Assembly (NCBI GenBank): GCA_016748015.1
Contig: JAAOMT010000289.1
Span: forward strand, 259,639-323,638
Direction: 5' to 3'
Length of the DNA stretch: 64,000 nucleotides
Source of the DNA: Geosiphon pyriformis uo1
Taxonomy: Eukaryota > Fungi > Glomeromycota
Part shown: positions 52,222 through 64,000 of the stretch, in pieces
How positions within the stretch are numbered: the first letter of the stretch is position 1
Layout of the letters: the number at the start of each line of letters is the position of its first letter
Translations under genes and position numbers: made by a program
The notes under the pieces: generated by a model
The model's input: the letters and a program-made list of their open reading frames with translations, nothing else
What the model was told of the DNA's origin: nothing
Database searches by the model: none

Positions 52222-52650
52222 CATTATTATTAAAAATGTTTTACTATTTTTTCTGATATTTGTTAATATTAATTTGTTGTTAATTTTATTGTTAATAAAA
52301 ATTAATAAATTTTTAAAAAGTTAATTTATCTTTAAAATAATTTTTTATATTTTAAGTTATTTTTTATTATTAAATTTATAATAAAATAATCAATTTTATA
52401 TTAATTACTTTGTGTAATTACTTTACAGTAAAAGTTAATTTTTTTTTACAAAAATTTTTAAATATATAAACTTTTTAATAATATATAATTATTTTATTAT
52501 AAAAAACAATCTTTTTATAAAAAATCTTAATTATAAACTACTTAATAATAAAAAATAATAAAAAATAAAAATAAATAATAAAAAAAAGTATTTTTTATTC
52601 AAATTTAAAATTAATTAAGTTATTATTAAAGTTAGTTTTAATATATTAAT
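52222..52650 (-). mobile_element. Decayed copy of the short (~0.6-0.75 kb) dispersed element
   Basis: Colinear with 54700-55180 and, inverted, with 58870-59305. Confidence 0.55.
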
Positions 52651-54574
52651 TATAATATATTAATTTATAAAATTTAAATAAAAAATAATTAATGTTTTTA
52701 TTATAAAAAAATTTGCTTTAAGTATTAAATTTTTAATTATTAAAGTTATTTAATAAAAATTAAATTTAAAAAAAGATTGTTATTTTTTGTTTTTAATACT
52801 ATTATTATATATATTTATAATATGAAATATTTGGAATTTTTAATTATTTTTATATATTTTTTGAGTTATTGATAGAATTTTTGGTATTTTTAAAATTTTT
52901 GTTATTATATTATTTAATAATTTATAATATATAATTGGTTAATTTATTATATATATATTTATTATTGATTATTTTTTATATTATTTTATAAGTAATAACA
53001 TAATTTAAATTATATTTGTATATTATATAAATTAAATTAATAATTAAATAATAAATAATAAATTAAATTAATATTATATATTAATTAATAATAAAAATTA
53101 TAAAAACTATTTTATATTAATTAATAATTTTAATTTTTTTGTTAATAACAATACTAAAAACTTTTAAAGACTAATATTTTATAATTAAACATTAAATATT
53201 ATCATATTTTATTTAAATACATTATTTATAACAATATTAATTTTTTAAATACCTTTTTTTTTAAATAATAATTTAATTAAATAATTGTTTAATTTTAATT
53301 GAATTAAAAAATTTTTTATAAGATAAATTTTTTTTAATAATTATTATAAGAAATAACATATTGTTAAATTTTTTTTTAAAATAGTTTTTTTATGTTTTTA
53401 AATTAATTTAAATAAGTTATTTAAAAACCAAAATTCTAAAATTGTAAATATTTTTAAATAATTTTTAAAGTTGTTATAATTTTTGAATTTATTATTATTT
53501 TATTATTACTAAGTTTTATTGAGTTATTATTAATTTTGTTTTATTTTTAAAAGATTATTAATATTTGTATAAAGTTTTCCAAATTTGTGGTTGTTACTAG
53601 CTAAAATTTAAGTTATAATTACTGTTAAAAACAACTAAAAAATAAAACAAAATTATTAATATTATTAAACAAAAAATATAAAATAACAAAAACTAAATTA
53701 TTTGACCAAAAAAATTAATATTATAGATTATTTACAGATTATTTTTAAAGTTAGTAAAAATTAATATTATAATGTTTTAATTTTTATATTAAATTAGCAC
53801 AAAATAATTAATTTTAAATTCACAAGTATAATAAAATACAATAATTAGAATATACAAAATTTTGAATTTTAAATATAAAAGCAATTTTAAGTAATTTAAA
53901 CTAAAATTTAAGCTAAAATTTATGTATTTTAAATAAATTAACAAATATTTTAATAAAAACAAAAAGTTTAAAACCATAAAATAATATGTATAAAAAAAAA
54001 TTTTTATATTTTAAAAAATATATTTTACACTTAAAATAATAATTTTTTATATAAACAACTTTTTTTTAATTCAAAATAATTAATTTAAATCTATTTTTTA
54101 TTTATTGTATTAAAAACTAAGAAATTTTACAGTTGTTTAATTATTAATTATTAACTATTAATTTATTAACTATTAATTTATTAATTAAAAAAACATTGAT
54201 TTTTTAAATTTATAAGACCAAAAAGTAATTATTAAATTTTGTATATTAAAAAGCAAACAAAATAAAATATTATTAAGTAAATAGTTTTAAACTAATATTA
54301 AAAACTATTTATTTAAATAAAATAACATAAATATTTAGTGTTTTAATATAATATTAATTTTTGTTAAATCTAAAAATTTTATTTTATTTTTTTATTTTTT
54401 TGGTAAATTAATAATTTTTAATAAGATTATATCTTAAAATAAAATTTTTTTTATCAAAATATAATATTATTTTGTTATAATTGTTAAATTATCAAATTAT
54501 TTTTGCATTTTTTTTGGTTGTTTTTAGATTAATTACAAATATTTAATAAATAAAATAAAATAAAAGTAAAAAAA

Positions 54575-55280
54575 TTTATTAATAAATATAACTTAATTAT
54601 TATCTAAAACAAAAAAACAAATTAAATAAATCTAACTAAATATAGATTATGTATTTATTATATATAACTGGTTATTTAGACCAATTAAGACAATATTATA
54701 TACTATTATTAAAGATTTTTTTATCTTTTTCTGAATATTATTAATGTTGTTTTTGCTGTTAATTTTATTGTAAATAGAAATTAATAAATTTTTAATAAGC
54801 TAATTTTTTTTAAAATATCTTTTTATATTTTGAACTGTATATACTATTAGATTTATGATAAAATAACCAATTTTATATTAATTATTTATATAATTATTTT
54901 GTAATAAAAAATCAACTTTTTTATAAAGATATTTTGTCTGTAAGTTTTTTAAAAATATATATAATTTCTTTGCAGTAAAAATCAACTCTTTTACAAAAAA
55001 ATTTTGTTTATAAGTTTTTCAAAAATATATGTAGTTATTTTGCTATAAAAATTAACTCTTTTATAAAAAATCTTAATTATAGACTATTCAATAATATAAA
55101 AAAAAAATATATGTTAAAAAAGTTGTTTTAAATTCAGATTTAAAAGTTATTAACAGTTATTAAAATTGATAATTAATTAATTTTAACATATTAGTATAAA
55201 ATAGTTAATTTTACAATAGAAATAATTAAGAATTTTTATGCTTTTTAAAGTAAGTTTTATTAAAATTGATTTGTATAAAA
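54575..55280 (-). mobile_element. Short non-autonomous element ending in the LINE-type 3' UTR; internal ~70-bp tandem repeat x3
   Basis: 54581-54700 aligns with 34481-34600 and 23981-24100; body homologous to 58790-59305. Confidence 0.6.
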
Positions 55281-55979
55281 AATATTAAAGAAAATATTAG
55301 TTTTAGTTTAAAATAAATTCTAGCTAATATTATCTAAATAGAAAAACCAATTCAAAAACTATTAAAAAAATGTGATTAATATATAATAATATAGAAAAAA
55401 CATAATAACACAAAATAATATAAAATAATATAAAATAACTTAAGATAATACAATATAATACACAATAATATAAAATAGTACAGAATAATTAATCATAATA
55501 TAGAATAATTAATTATAACATAAAAAAATAAAGCAATAATAAAAATAGTAAGCAATAACTAATAATAATAAGCAATTGAAAACAATTTTATAGAATTAAA
55601 AAATAGGTATAAAAATAAACAGTTTTAACAAAAAAAAAGAAGCAAACAAATAAAAACAAGAATCATTTCTCTATTAAATATTTTAATCTTAGTCTAATCT
55701 TAACTTTATTATATATATATTGGTAGTTTAATAAAATTTTCTTATTTTAAATTATTTATCCATAATTCTAATATTTTGATTATTAAAATTAAATCAATTA
55801 TCTTTGTTATTCTTGCTTTAAGTCAAATATTATTAATATAAACAGTCTTGAAACTTTAATAACTTGAACTAATTATTTTTAATTATGATAATTAATAATA
55901 CTAATTTCTCTTTTATTTTTTTTTATTTTTTATTTTTTTATTTTTTTATTTTTATTTTTATTTTTATTGTGGAATGACA

Positions 55980-57850
55980 ACATTGAAAATCAATTGTTTG
56001 GAAATAAATTTCGTAATAGTCTGGTAAAAAAAAGAAGCTTTTTCTAAGTTTAGATATTAATTTTATTTTGTTAGTTTATTAATAAAGTAAAAAAACAATA
56101 CCAAACTCTAATAACTATACTTATTAGCTTGAAAAAAAATACAACTATAACAACAATTAAAAAAACCAGAACTCTGTGCCTTATAACAAAAAAATCTTCA
56201 GAGATTGATAACTAATAATATTAAAGAAATTACTACATCTATGCTTATTTAGTTTTCAAATATTAAATCATAAACACCAAAAGTTACAACCTTTACTTTA
56301 CTAAATTTATCCATAATATTTAATGTTTTTTATAAGATTATAAAATTTATAAAAACAGAATACCCAAAAAACTTACAAAATAACTATTAGAACTGTTAAA
56401 AAAAATCACTTATTTTTTAAAAAAACACTATATTAATACTTTTAAAAAAACTTAAAAATCTCAAAAAAAATATTTGCAGCCAAAAATAATTTTTTTTACT
56501 ATATATATATCAAAGTTTATTATTATTTAGATAAAACATCAAATATTAAAAAATTCAGAGAACAAATTTACCAAAATTTTCTATTGTATTCAATTTTAAT
56601 TATCAAAAAAACAATTGCAAAAACTCTTTTTCTTATTAACAAAAAATTGAAAAATACACACAAAATTGTTATTTATAACTAAAAAAATTACAGTACAAAA
56701 GTCTTTTTTAAGAAATTCAAGTTAAATATAGAAAACAATATTCAACAATAATCTGTACAAAAAAAATCCCAATTTACACCAAGCAAAAAATCAAAATTTC
56801 TTTTACTATTAATATTATTTTACTATTAAACTCCAAAAAACATAATTTTATTAAATTAACTAAATAATTTGCAGCCAAAAACTTTAAAAACTTCCAGAAA
56901 TCTTTAATTTTAAGATTTTAACAGAAATTTTTAAACTAAATTATTGAAAAAATACAAACCATTGTTCAAAAATTTTACTTTAGCAACAAATACTACTTTT
57001 TAAAATACTTTTTTTTAGAATTAACAAATATCAAAACCACTAACCAAATCAACAATTATTCTTTTAGAAAAAACATTACTATTTTAACTAATTATAGCAA
57101 TAAACAAAAAAAATAATTAGCTTCAAGTTCAATAAAACAATTAGACATATCTTTTCTAATATTTTTTTTATTAACAAAAAACAACTTTTTATTATTTTAG
57201 TTATGATTTACAAAAACATTATTAGACTGAAAAAATTTTTTTGTAAAAAAAAATGCATATACATAAATTGCAAAACCAAAAAAGCAATTATAGTTAACAA
57301 TTAAAAAAAGACCAAAACAATTTAAGCTTTATTTTTTTTTAATTAAAACTATAAACTCATGATACCAAAGTTTTAAAAAAAAACCGATTAATTTTTTTAT
57401 TTTTAAACTCACTTTTTTATAATATTTTTGTGATTTCAATATCTTAATTCAATTACAGAATCAATTTAGTAATATAAAACAAAAAAATTATAAAACAGTT
57501 ATTACTTATTTTGGCTAATTTAATCAAATTTTTTGTCAAATTCAAGCTATTAAAAAAGACTACTATACATTTGGCCAAATTTTGAATTAATTTATTAAAA
57601 AATTAAAAAGCAATATTTTTCAATTTATTAGATCTTAATATTTTAACACTTTATAAGAGACTTTAATACTTATTTATAACTTTGAATTAGCAAAACAAGA
57701 AGCCAATTACATCCAAGTTATTAATTTAGCCATAAATAAAACTTTAGATATTAATACAAAGCTTATTTAATTAAATAAAAAGTTAACTTAAAAAATTAAA
57801 AATTTTTTTATTAGATGTTTAGGAACTTATTAATTATTGCAACAAAAAAA
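55980..57850 (+). pseudogene. Decayed Gypsy gag relic (CCHC knuckle remnant continues at about 59360-59410)
   Basis: Around 57470-57720 it reads IKQKNYKTVITYFG*FNQIFCQIQAI..FELAKQEANY (gag-like); near 59368 CYYCQKSKHII*NC. Confidence 0.55.
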
Positions 57851-58008
57851 AAATACTGTTATCAGTAGAATTTAATCATTAATTAGCATAAAATTACCTT
57901 TATAATTTTTATTATTAAATTAGCATATATTATTATTGTTTTAATTATTATTTGTAATTTAATTAAAACTATCAAATATTACTATTTAATTAATAATCCA
58001 ATTTGTAC

Positions 58009-58651
58009 TGTTACAGATTGGAGTAACAAGCTAACAGATAGCAAGGGAGAACAGAATTGTAGAGTAATAGAAATAATCAAAGAATTTTAACTTTAAGGAG
58101 TTAATTGAATAAGTATGGATTCAATGTGTGAGATCAGTCTCATAAAATATCTCAGTCGCTGTACTTTTCAAAAGATAACCAGGAAATCTGAAGGTAGAAA
58201 AATAGTCTGTACTGTTAACAAATGATTATGTCTAGTATAATTCTATGTCTCATGTTGGCACTTTTAGAATTCAATATCAGGTATCAGATGTGCTCTTCAG
58301 TCATGTTTTATTCAATAATTTTCAAATGCTGCAATTACATGTTTCAGGAAAAGGGTAAGAAATAACCAACAAGTAATCTTTTATTCCAAGATATTCAGAT
58401 ATTTAAAAGTAGGGAAAAAGAAATTAGCAATAAAAGAATGATTGAGATAAAAGTTGTTATTTTTATTTATTTGATTTTCTTGATTTCTATATGTTTTTCT
58501 ATAGCTAAGAGATTCATTACTTATATAGCTATCAAAAGTGGTCAATGATTAAGTCAATGATCACTTTCTAAAAATAGAGTGGCTAATTTATATGACATCA
58601 GTGGCTAATACATGTGATAATTAATAAAAAGTATAAGTTTCAATCATAACA
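58009..58651 (-). mobile_element. Solo LTR of a second family
   Basis: TGTTA...TAACA termini; TSD GTAC/ATAC; less decayed than its flanks; right end resembles 32680-32726. Confidence 0.75.
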
Positions 58652-58717
58652 ATACAATAGAAATTATAACAAAAAAAAAGTTCAAGTTTATTGACTAGTA
58701 CTGTAATAAGTTGTATA

Positions 58718-59305
58718 AAAAAAAGCTTCTCTCTTTGAGAAAATATATCTTATTTTATCTATCCTATTTTTAAAATAGCAATTATATAAATTAATAAAAA
58801 CAAATACTTTAAAAACAAATTCTTTTAAATTGTACTTAAAATTTCCTAAATTTTAACTAATATTTTAAAATTAATTAACTACTAATTTTAGTAATTTGTT
58901 AATAACTTCAGATCTGAACAGAAAATAATTCTCTTAACAAAATTCTTTTTTCTTTACATTTCTTTTATTTTCTTTTGTTTTTTTTATTATATACATTAGA
59001 GTAGCTTACAAACAAGATTTTTGTAGAAAAGTTGACTTTTACATAAAATAACTACATATTTTTAATAAGCTTCCAAATAAGCAATTTTTGAGAAAAAATT
59101 AACTTTTACTGTAAAGTAACTATATAAGTAATTAGTACAGAATTGGTCATTTTACTTATAAGTTCAGCAGTTCAAATTATAGAAGATAATTTGAAGATAA
59201 ATTCAGTTATCAAAGATTTACAAATTTTCAGTAATCATAAATTTACAGCAAATAGACATTAACAACATTAAAAAAAAAAGACCAAAAAATCTTCAGTAAT
59301 AATAC
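58718..59305 (+). mobile_element. Copy of the short element with LINE-like 5' end but no 3' UTR
   Basis: Starts AAAAGCTTCTCTCTTT (LINE 5' end: AAAAACTTCTTTCTCTTTT); inverted homology to 54700-55280. Confidence 0.55.
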
Positions 59306-59533
59306 CAATAAGAGTAATATTATTAACAATAACAACAATCTTAAAAACAAAATTCTTATAATTGTTACTACTGTCAAAAATCCAAACATATTATATAAAA
59401 CTGTCACAAAAAATTGTTTAACCAAAATTAGAAGAACCAGTACTAGCAATTACAATATCTCTAATTAAACAAAAACCAATACTTTTTATTTTAGTATTAA
59501 TAGCCACAATATATATTATAATTATCTCACTAA

Positions 59534-59926
59534 TGTTACAAGTAATTATTTGGGGTCTCAAAACAAATAACAAACTCATAACTTGGTGCTCAATTGATAT
59601 AATGATGTTAGGTTCTGAAGATTAATTGAATCTGAAGGTTTTGGTTGAGTCTTTTGTATAATAGACAGAAATTCCAATGTGATTTTCTTTAAATGGTGTT
59701 TTCAATATCAACCTGCAGATTAAGTAGTTGTTGTCTGTCACTTCTCAGAATTGCAATTTCATCAATTTTTTTCTTGGCATGGTGACCAGCAATCTTCTGG
59801 TAAGCTATCCTCAAATTTGAGTGTCTATTCTTATTTCTGGGTCTTTTACCAGTGCTATATCTTGATGTCAATAACTCAGTGCTTTAATTTTTTAATCAAT
59901 TAGTACACAACAAAAAATAACAAAAC

Positions 59927-59957
<31 letters not shown>

Positions 59958-60334
59958 ATAAGCCAAGGCAATAAATGTTAGTATTCAATCAATAGCCATG
60001 ATTAAGAACTATTGTTTCAGTATGATTAAGTATCAATTACTATCAACATGAAGTGTTGATAGTGAGAAGTAAATTGGAGATATTAAATAATTATTTATTG
60101 ATATTTTGTAATGTGAAAGATTGCTTAAATTAAATCTAAACTGAGAAATCTGTCTTTTTTGCTTTTAATACTGTTATATATACCTAATTTATGTTCTACA
60201 AGATTGCTTACATTCTCAAGCAATGTGCTATAATTTCTGACATTGTTCCATATTGCTGAGCAATGTACTTATGTGCTAACTACTACTCCCTTATTGGTCT
60301 ATTATTTTCTATATCTGTTTTTTTATGAGTAATA
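59534..60334 (-). repeat. 3' LTR (U3 type A)
   Basis: Homologous over its length to 2058-2899; PPT at 60338-60349. Confidence 0.85.
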
Positions 60335-60347
60335 TTATCTTCTTCTT

Positions 60348-60983
60348 TTAATATTAAGCTTTATCAAAATTCTCATTTTGAATTATGTTAAATACTTCTT
60401 TTTCAAGTAGTGTCTGTTTTACCCTATTCTTTATTTCTTTAATTTGTGAGTTGTTTATTTTTTCTTATTGGTTGATAGTTATTGTTTCTATATTAGAGTG
60501 TAACAATACTTTTGGGTAGTTTTAAAATATAGTGTGTAGTTAATAAATGGTTCTAATGTGTAATGTCAAGTTTGTTTTCTTTCCAATAATGTCTTCAATG
60601 TTCTGAATTATTTCTTGATTGAAGATTCTCTTGGATTTGTCAAGATATAACTTTTAAATATCTACTTTTCGTCTCAATTAATAGTAGCAGTATGGTATTG
60701 AAAGTTGGTCTATCTATTGGTTTTAATTTTTTTTTGTCAGTTTTTCTGTTGAAACAATGATGATGATTTTTTCAAAAGTGTTTTTTACTTTCTCTACTAT
60801 TTTATTTAACCAGTTTATTAATTGTTTCTGTGGTTACTAGTATGATGTACTTTTCTCTTTTTGTTTGGTGTTTTGATAACAGATTGTTTGATTGTTGATA
60901 ATAATTTCCATGTTTACTTGCTGTTGATTTAAAGCCTGAAACAATTGTTGAGTTAAAATGTGAATATGGTCTGGTATTTCCAT
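60348..60983 (-). pseudogene. Extra ORF of unknown function between integrase and PPT
   Basis: MEIPDHIHILTQQLFQAL...INNSQIKEIKNRVKQTLLEK; the C-terminal part is conserved at the protein level in 1933-2044. Confidence 0.6.
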
Positions 60984-63900
60984 TTTTTTTGTTGCTTTTG
61001 TTGCATATACTATGTCTTTATATACTTGTTTGGTTGTTTAATTTGATGTGTTTGGTTCAATAACTATGATTGGTTTTAAATCTCATAAAATCTCATCTGG
61101 TTGAACTAATATTCTCTGTGTTCCCAATTGTGAAATATTACTGGTGGATGCTAATACTATGTTTTGATATAGTTTCAGTTGATCTTTATGTGCTACTTTG
61201 GTTAAAATTTTGTTGTTTAACCTTAATTTATAAGCTTTATTTCCTAGAATTTTTTTTACATAAAATGGTCTGTCCCATTTGGGATCAAATTTTCCACTTC
61301 ATTGTTTTTTTGTTTTGGTACAATGTAAAAGTATTTTGTCTTCAATCCTGAATTTAACTGGTTTATCTGGTAATTAGTTATCATGTCTTTTTTTTTGTTT
61401 TTCTTGTAACTTTTAGATATTATTAATTGCTTTTTGCTATTTGTTTTCTAGTGTTTCTATTAAGTCATATGTTCTTTTTAGCAATGTTCTTTGAAAATTT
61501 TCTTCTGTTATTGGTTTTGTTAGATATGTTTTGACTTCTATTTCCATTAGTAATGTTGCTGTTCTATCATATACTAATTCAAATGGTGTTGCTTGTATAG
61601 TGTCTTGCTTTATTGTTCAGTAAGCAAATAATACTGATAATATAAACAAATACCATTTGTCCTGGTTTTCTTGGCTAATTTTGGTAATTGCTTTACACAA
61701 TGTTCTGTTAAACCTTTTAACTAATTTATTTGTTTATGGATGGTATGGTGATGATAATGGTCTTTTTATTTCAAATCTTTAACTTAATTCTGCCAATGTT
61801 CTATTTACAAAGTAAGTTCTTTGATCTGATAATAGTTCTTTTGAACATCTATGTTGACAGATCAAATCTTGATGAACAAATTTGGCAACAAATTCTGCAT
61901 TTGCTCTTTGAATGGCTTTTGCTTCTGGCTATTTTGTAAGATAGTCTATGGCTACTGCAATATATCTGTTGCCTCTATTGGTTATTGTTAATAATTTGAC
62001 TAAGTTAATTCCAATGCAATTGAATGATTGTTTTACTTTGATTGGTCTTAACAGTTTACTGGGTTTTGTTCCTTCTCTTCTCTAACAAGCATCACAATTT
62101 TAAACATATTGGATAATGTCTGAATACATTGATGACCAATAATATCTTTTTCTGATTCTTTCCATAATTGCTTCTTTGTAAAAATGTCCTGCTGTTGGAT
62201 CCGAGTACATGTTGAATAATATTGTCTCTTTTTCTGGTTTCATAATTACTTTAGTTGGCTGATCTGGATTTCTTTTGTTCTTCTGATAAAGTATATTTTG
62301 ATGGTTGATGAAATATTTTGATTGCTGTTTTATGTTGTTTTGTTTCTTTTGAGATAATTTCTCCTTGAACAATTGGGTATTTATATAATATTAGAGTTGT
62401 TAGTATTTTTGTATATTCATCTTTTTGTTATATTTTTGGGTTGAAATGTTTTTAGATTTGTCTTATTTGCAACAAACTGTTGGCATTTTTTTTTTTTTCT
62501 TTTTTGTAATATATTGTATAATTAAATGGTGAAAGTTTTATTTTCTATCTGGCATAGTGATCATCTCCAAATTTTTGCTTCTGGATTAAAATCAATTTTT
62601 TATGATCAGTGTACATATTAAACTTTTGACTCAAGTATTCTTTCCATTTTATAACTGCCCAATAGATAGTTAAGTGTTCTAGTGCTGGAGTTTCATAGTT
62701 TTTTTCAGCTGGATTTAAGCTTCTGCTGACATAAGCTACTGGGTGTTCTTGTCCATCTGGTTTTTTCTAAGATAGTACCACTCTCAATGCTTGACCAGAT
62801 GCATCTGTTGTAATTATGAATGGCTTGCTATAATCTAAATAGATTAGTACTAGAGCTTAAATAAGCTTTCTTTTTAATATATTAAAAGCTTCTTGCTGAA
62901 TTTCTGTTCATTTATATCTGGTGTTCTTTGTTTGAAGCTGATGTAATAGCTGAGCCAGTTTGGAAAAATTTTTGATAAAATGGTGGTAGTAACCTGCAAA
63001 TCTTAAAAATGTTTGTAATTCTATCAAGTTGGTGAGTACTAGAAAGTTCTTAACTATCTCAATTTTGTCTGAATTTGTTTTGATTCCATTTTTGCTCATA
63101 ATATGTTCCAAAAACTTGAGTTTTGTTTTTTCAAAGAAATACTTGGTTGCATTTAATTTTAATCTGGCTCTTTTTAGTCTTTCAAATACTTGTTAAAGAT
63201 GGTATAAATAATTATCAAATGTTTTAAAGAACACATTAATGTCATCTAGATATACAACTATTAATTTTCATAGTAATCCAGTATAGACAATTTCCATAAG
63301 CTGTTGAAATATGGCTGAAGCATTTATCAAGCCAAATGACATAACTTTAAATTTAAAATTTCCTTCTCAAGTTGTAAAAACCGTTTTTTTTTGTCTTCTG
63401 GATTCATGGCTACTTGCCAATAACCACTATCTAAGTCTAAAGTTGAAAACCATTTCTTTTCTCCAAAAACATTGAATAGCTCTTGGATCTTTAGTATTGG
63501 GTAGCTATCTCCTTTGGTTACTTTATTCAGTTTTTGATAATCTACACAAAAGCAGATTTTTCCATTTTTCTTATGGACTAGTACCACTGGTGATAACTAT
63601 AGACTTATTGATGACTGAACTAGCCCATTGTCAAGCATTTAATTGATTTCTTAACAAATGATCTCATGGCTGGCTGGTGGTACTCTGTATGCTCTTTGTT
63701 TAATTGGCATTGCATCTCTAGTCTTGATCTAATACTGAATTATGTTAGTTTTGTCAAATTTATTTTTGCTGGCAAAGATGTCATTGAAGTTGTTAAGTAA
63801 CATTTTGAGCTGCATATATTGTAGTGAATCTAGATTTCCCAAGTTCATCTGTTTCAATTGTTTTAATTAGAGCAGATAACATTCTTCTCATTTATATATT

Positions 63901-64000
63901 GTTTGAGATGTGATATCTACATATCTACACAGTTGTGGAAAGTCTGAAATGGTGTTTGGCAGTTGGTTTTCAATTTCAGTGGTTAAATATCCAATGATAG

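Larger units (their letters stand above)
59534..64000 (-). mobile_element. Ty3/Gypsy LTR retrotransposon, 3' half (RT, RNase H, integrase, extra ORF, PPT, 3' LTR), inactivated
   Basis: PVVLVHKKNGKICFCVDYQKLN, LDLDSGYWQV, VVYLDDI, FAGYY..FIKNFS, ITTDASG, YTDHK, GHF..RYYW..CDAC, KFDPKW.RPF; domain order RT-RH-IN. Confidence 0.92.

Noticed and set aside
51780-55500. Mitochondrial or endosymbiont insertion suggested by extreme AT content
   Set aside because: Segments align with nuclear TE families elsewhere in the window; no organellar or bacterial gene motifs were seen.

Overview
AT-rich, intron-rich eukaryotic DNA, most likely from an early-diverging fungus. Gene style and the repeat families suggest Glomeromycota, possibly Geosiphon-like; this is an inference. 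CpG-retaining gene islands alternate sharply with nested, decayed transposon blocks at about 1-5.5 kb, 21.7-39.2 kb and 51.8-64 kb. The islands hold nine genes: ubinuclein/HPC2, a secreted class-3 lipase lacking its catalytic Ser, PIG-U/GAB1, NAA40, a C2H2 zinc-finger protein, a stand-alone ABC ATPase, DCD1, a long coiled-coil protein and RIB4. The transposon blocks contain a full-length 6.8-kb LINE (APE-RT-RNaseH, 15-bp TSD), two Ty3/Gypsy copies plus gag relics, three solo LTRs with 4-bp TSDs, and several non-autonomous elements. Five observations stand out. (1) An ORF1-only 'half-LINE' family, and a second short element, carry the same ~130-nt 3' UTR as the autonomous LINE. (2) Repeat-restricted C-to-T erosion seems to remove CpG and TpC but spare ApC, unlike classical CpA RIP. 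(3) A stop-containing 27-nt cryptic exon is enclosed by a ~20-bp stem in a PIG-U intron. (4) The Gypsy family has an extra ORF between integrase and the PPT. (5) The lipase looks like a pseudoenzyme. Exon boundaries and dinucleotide tallies were done by eye and need computational confirmation. There is an assembly gap at 45939-46716.
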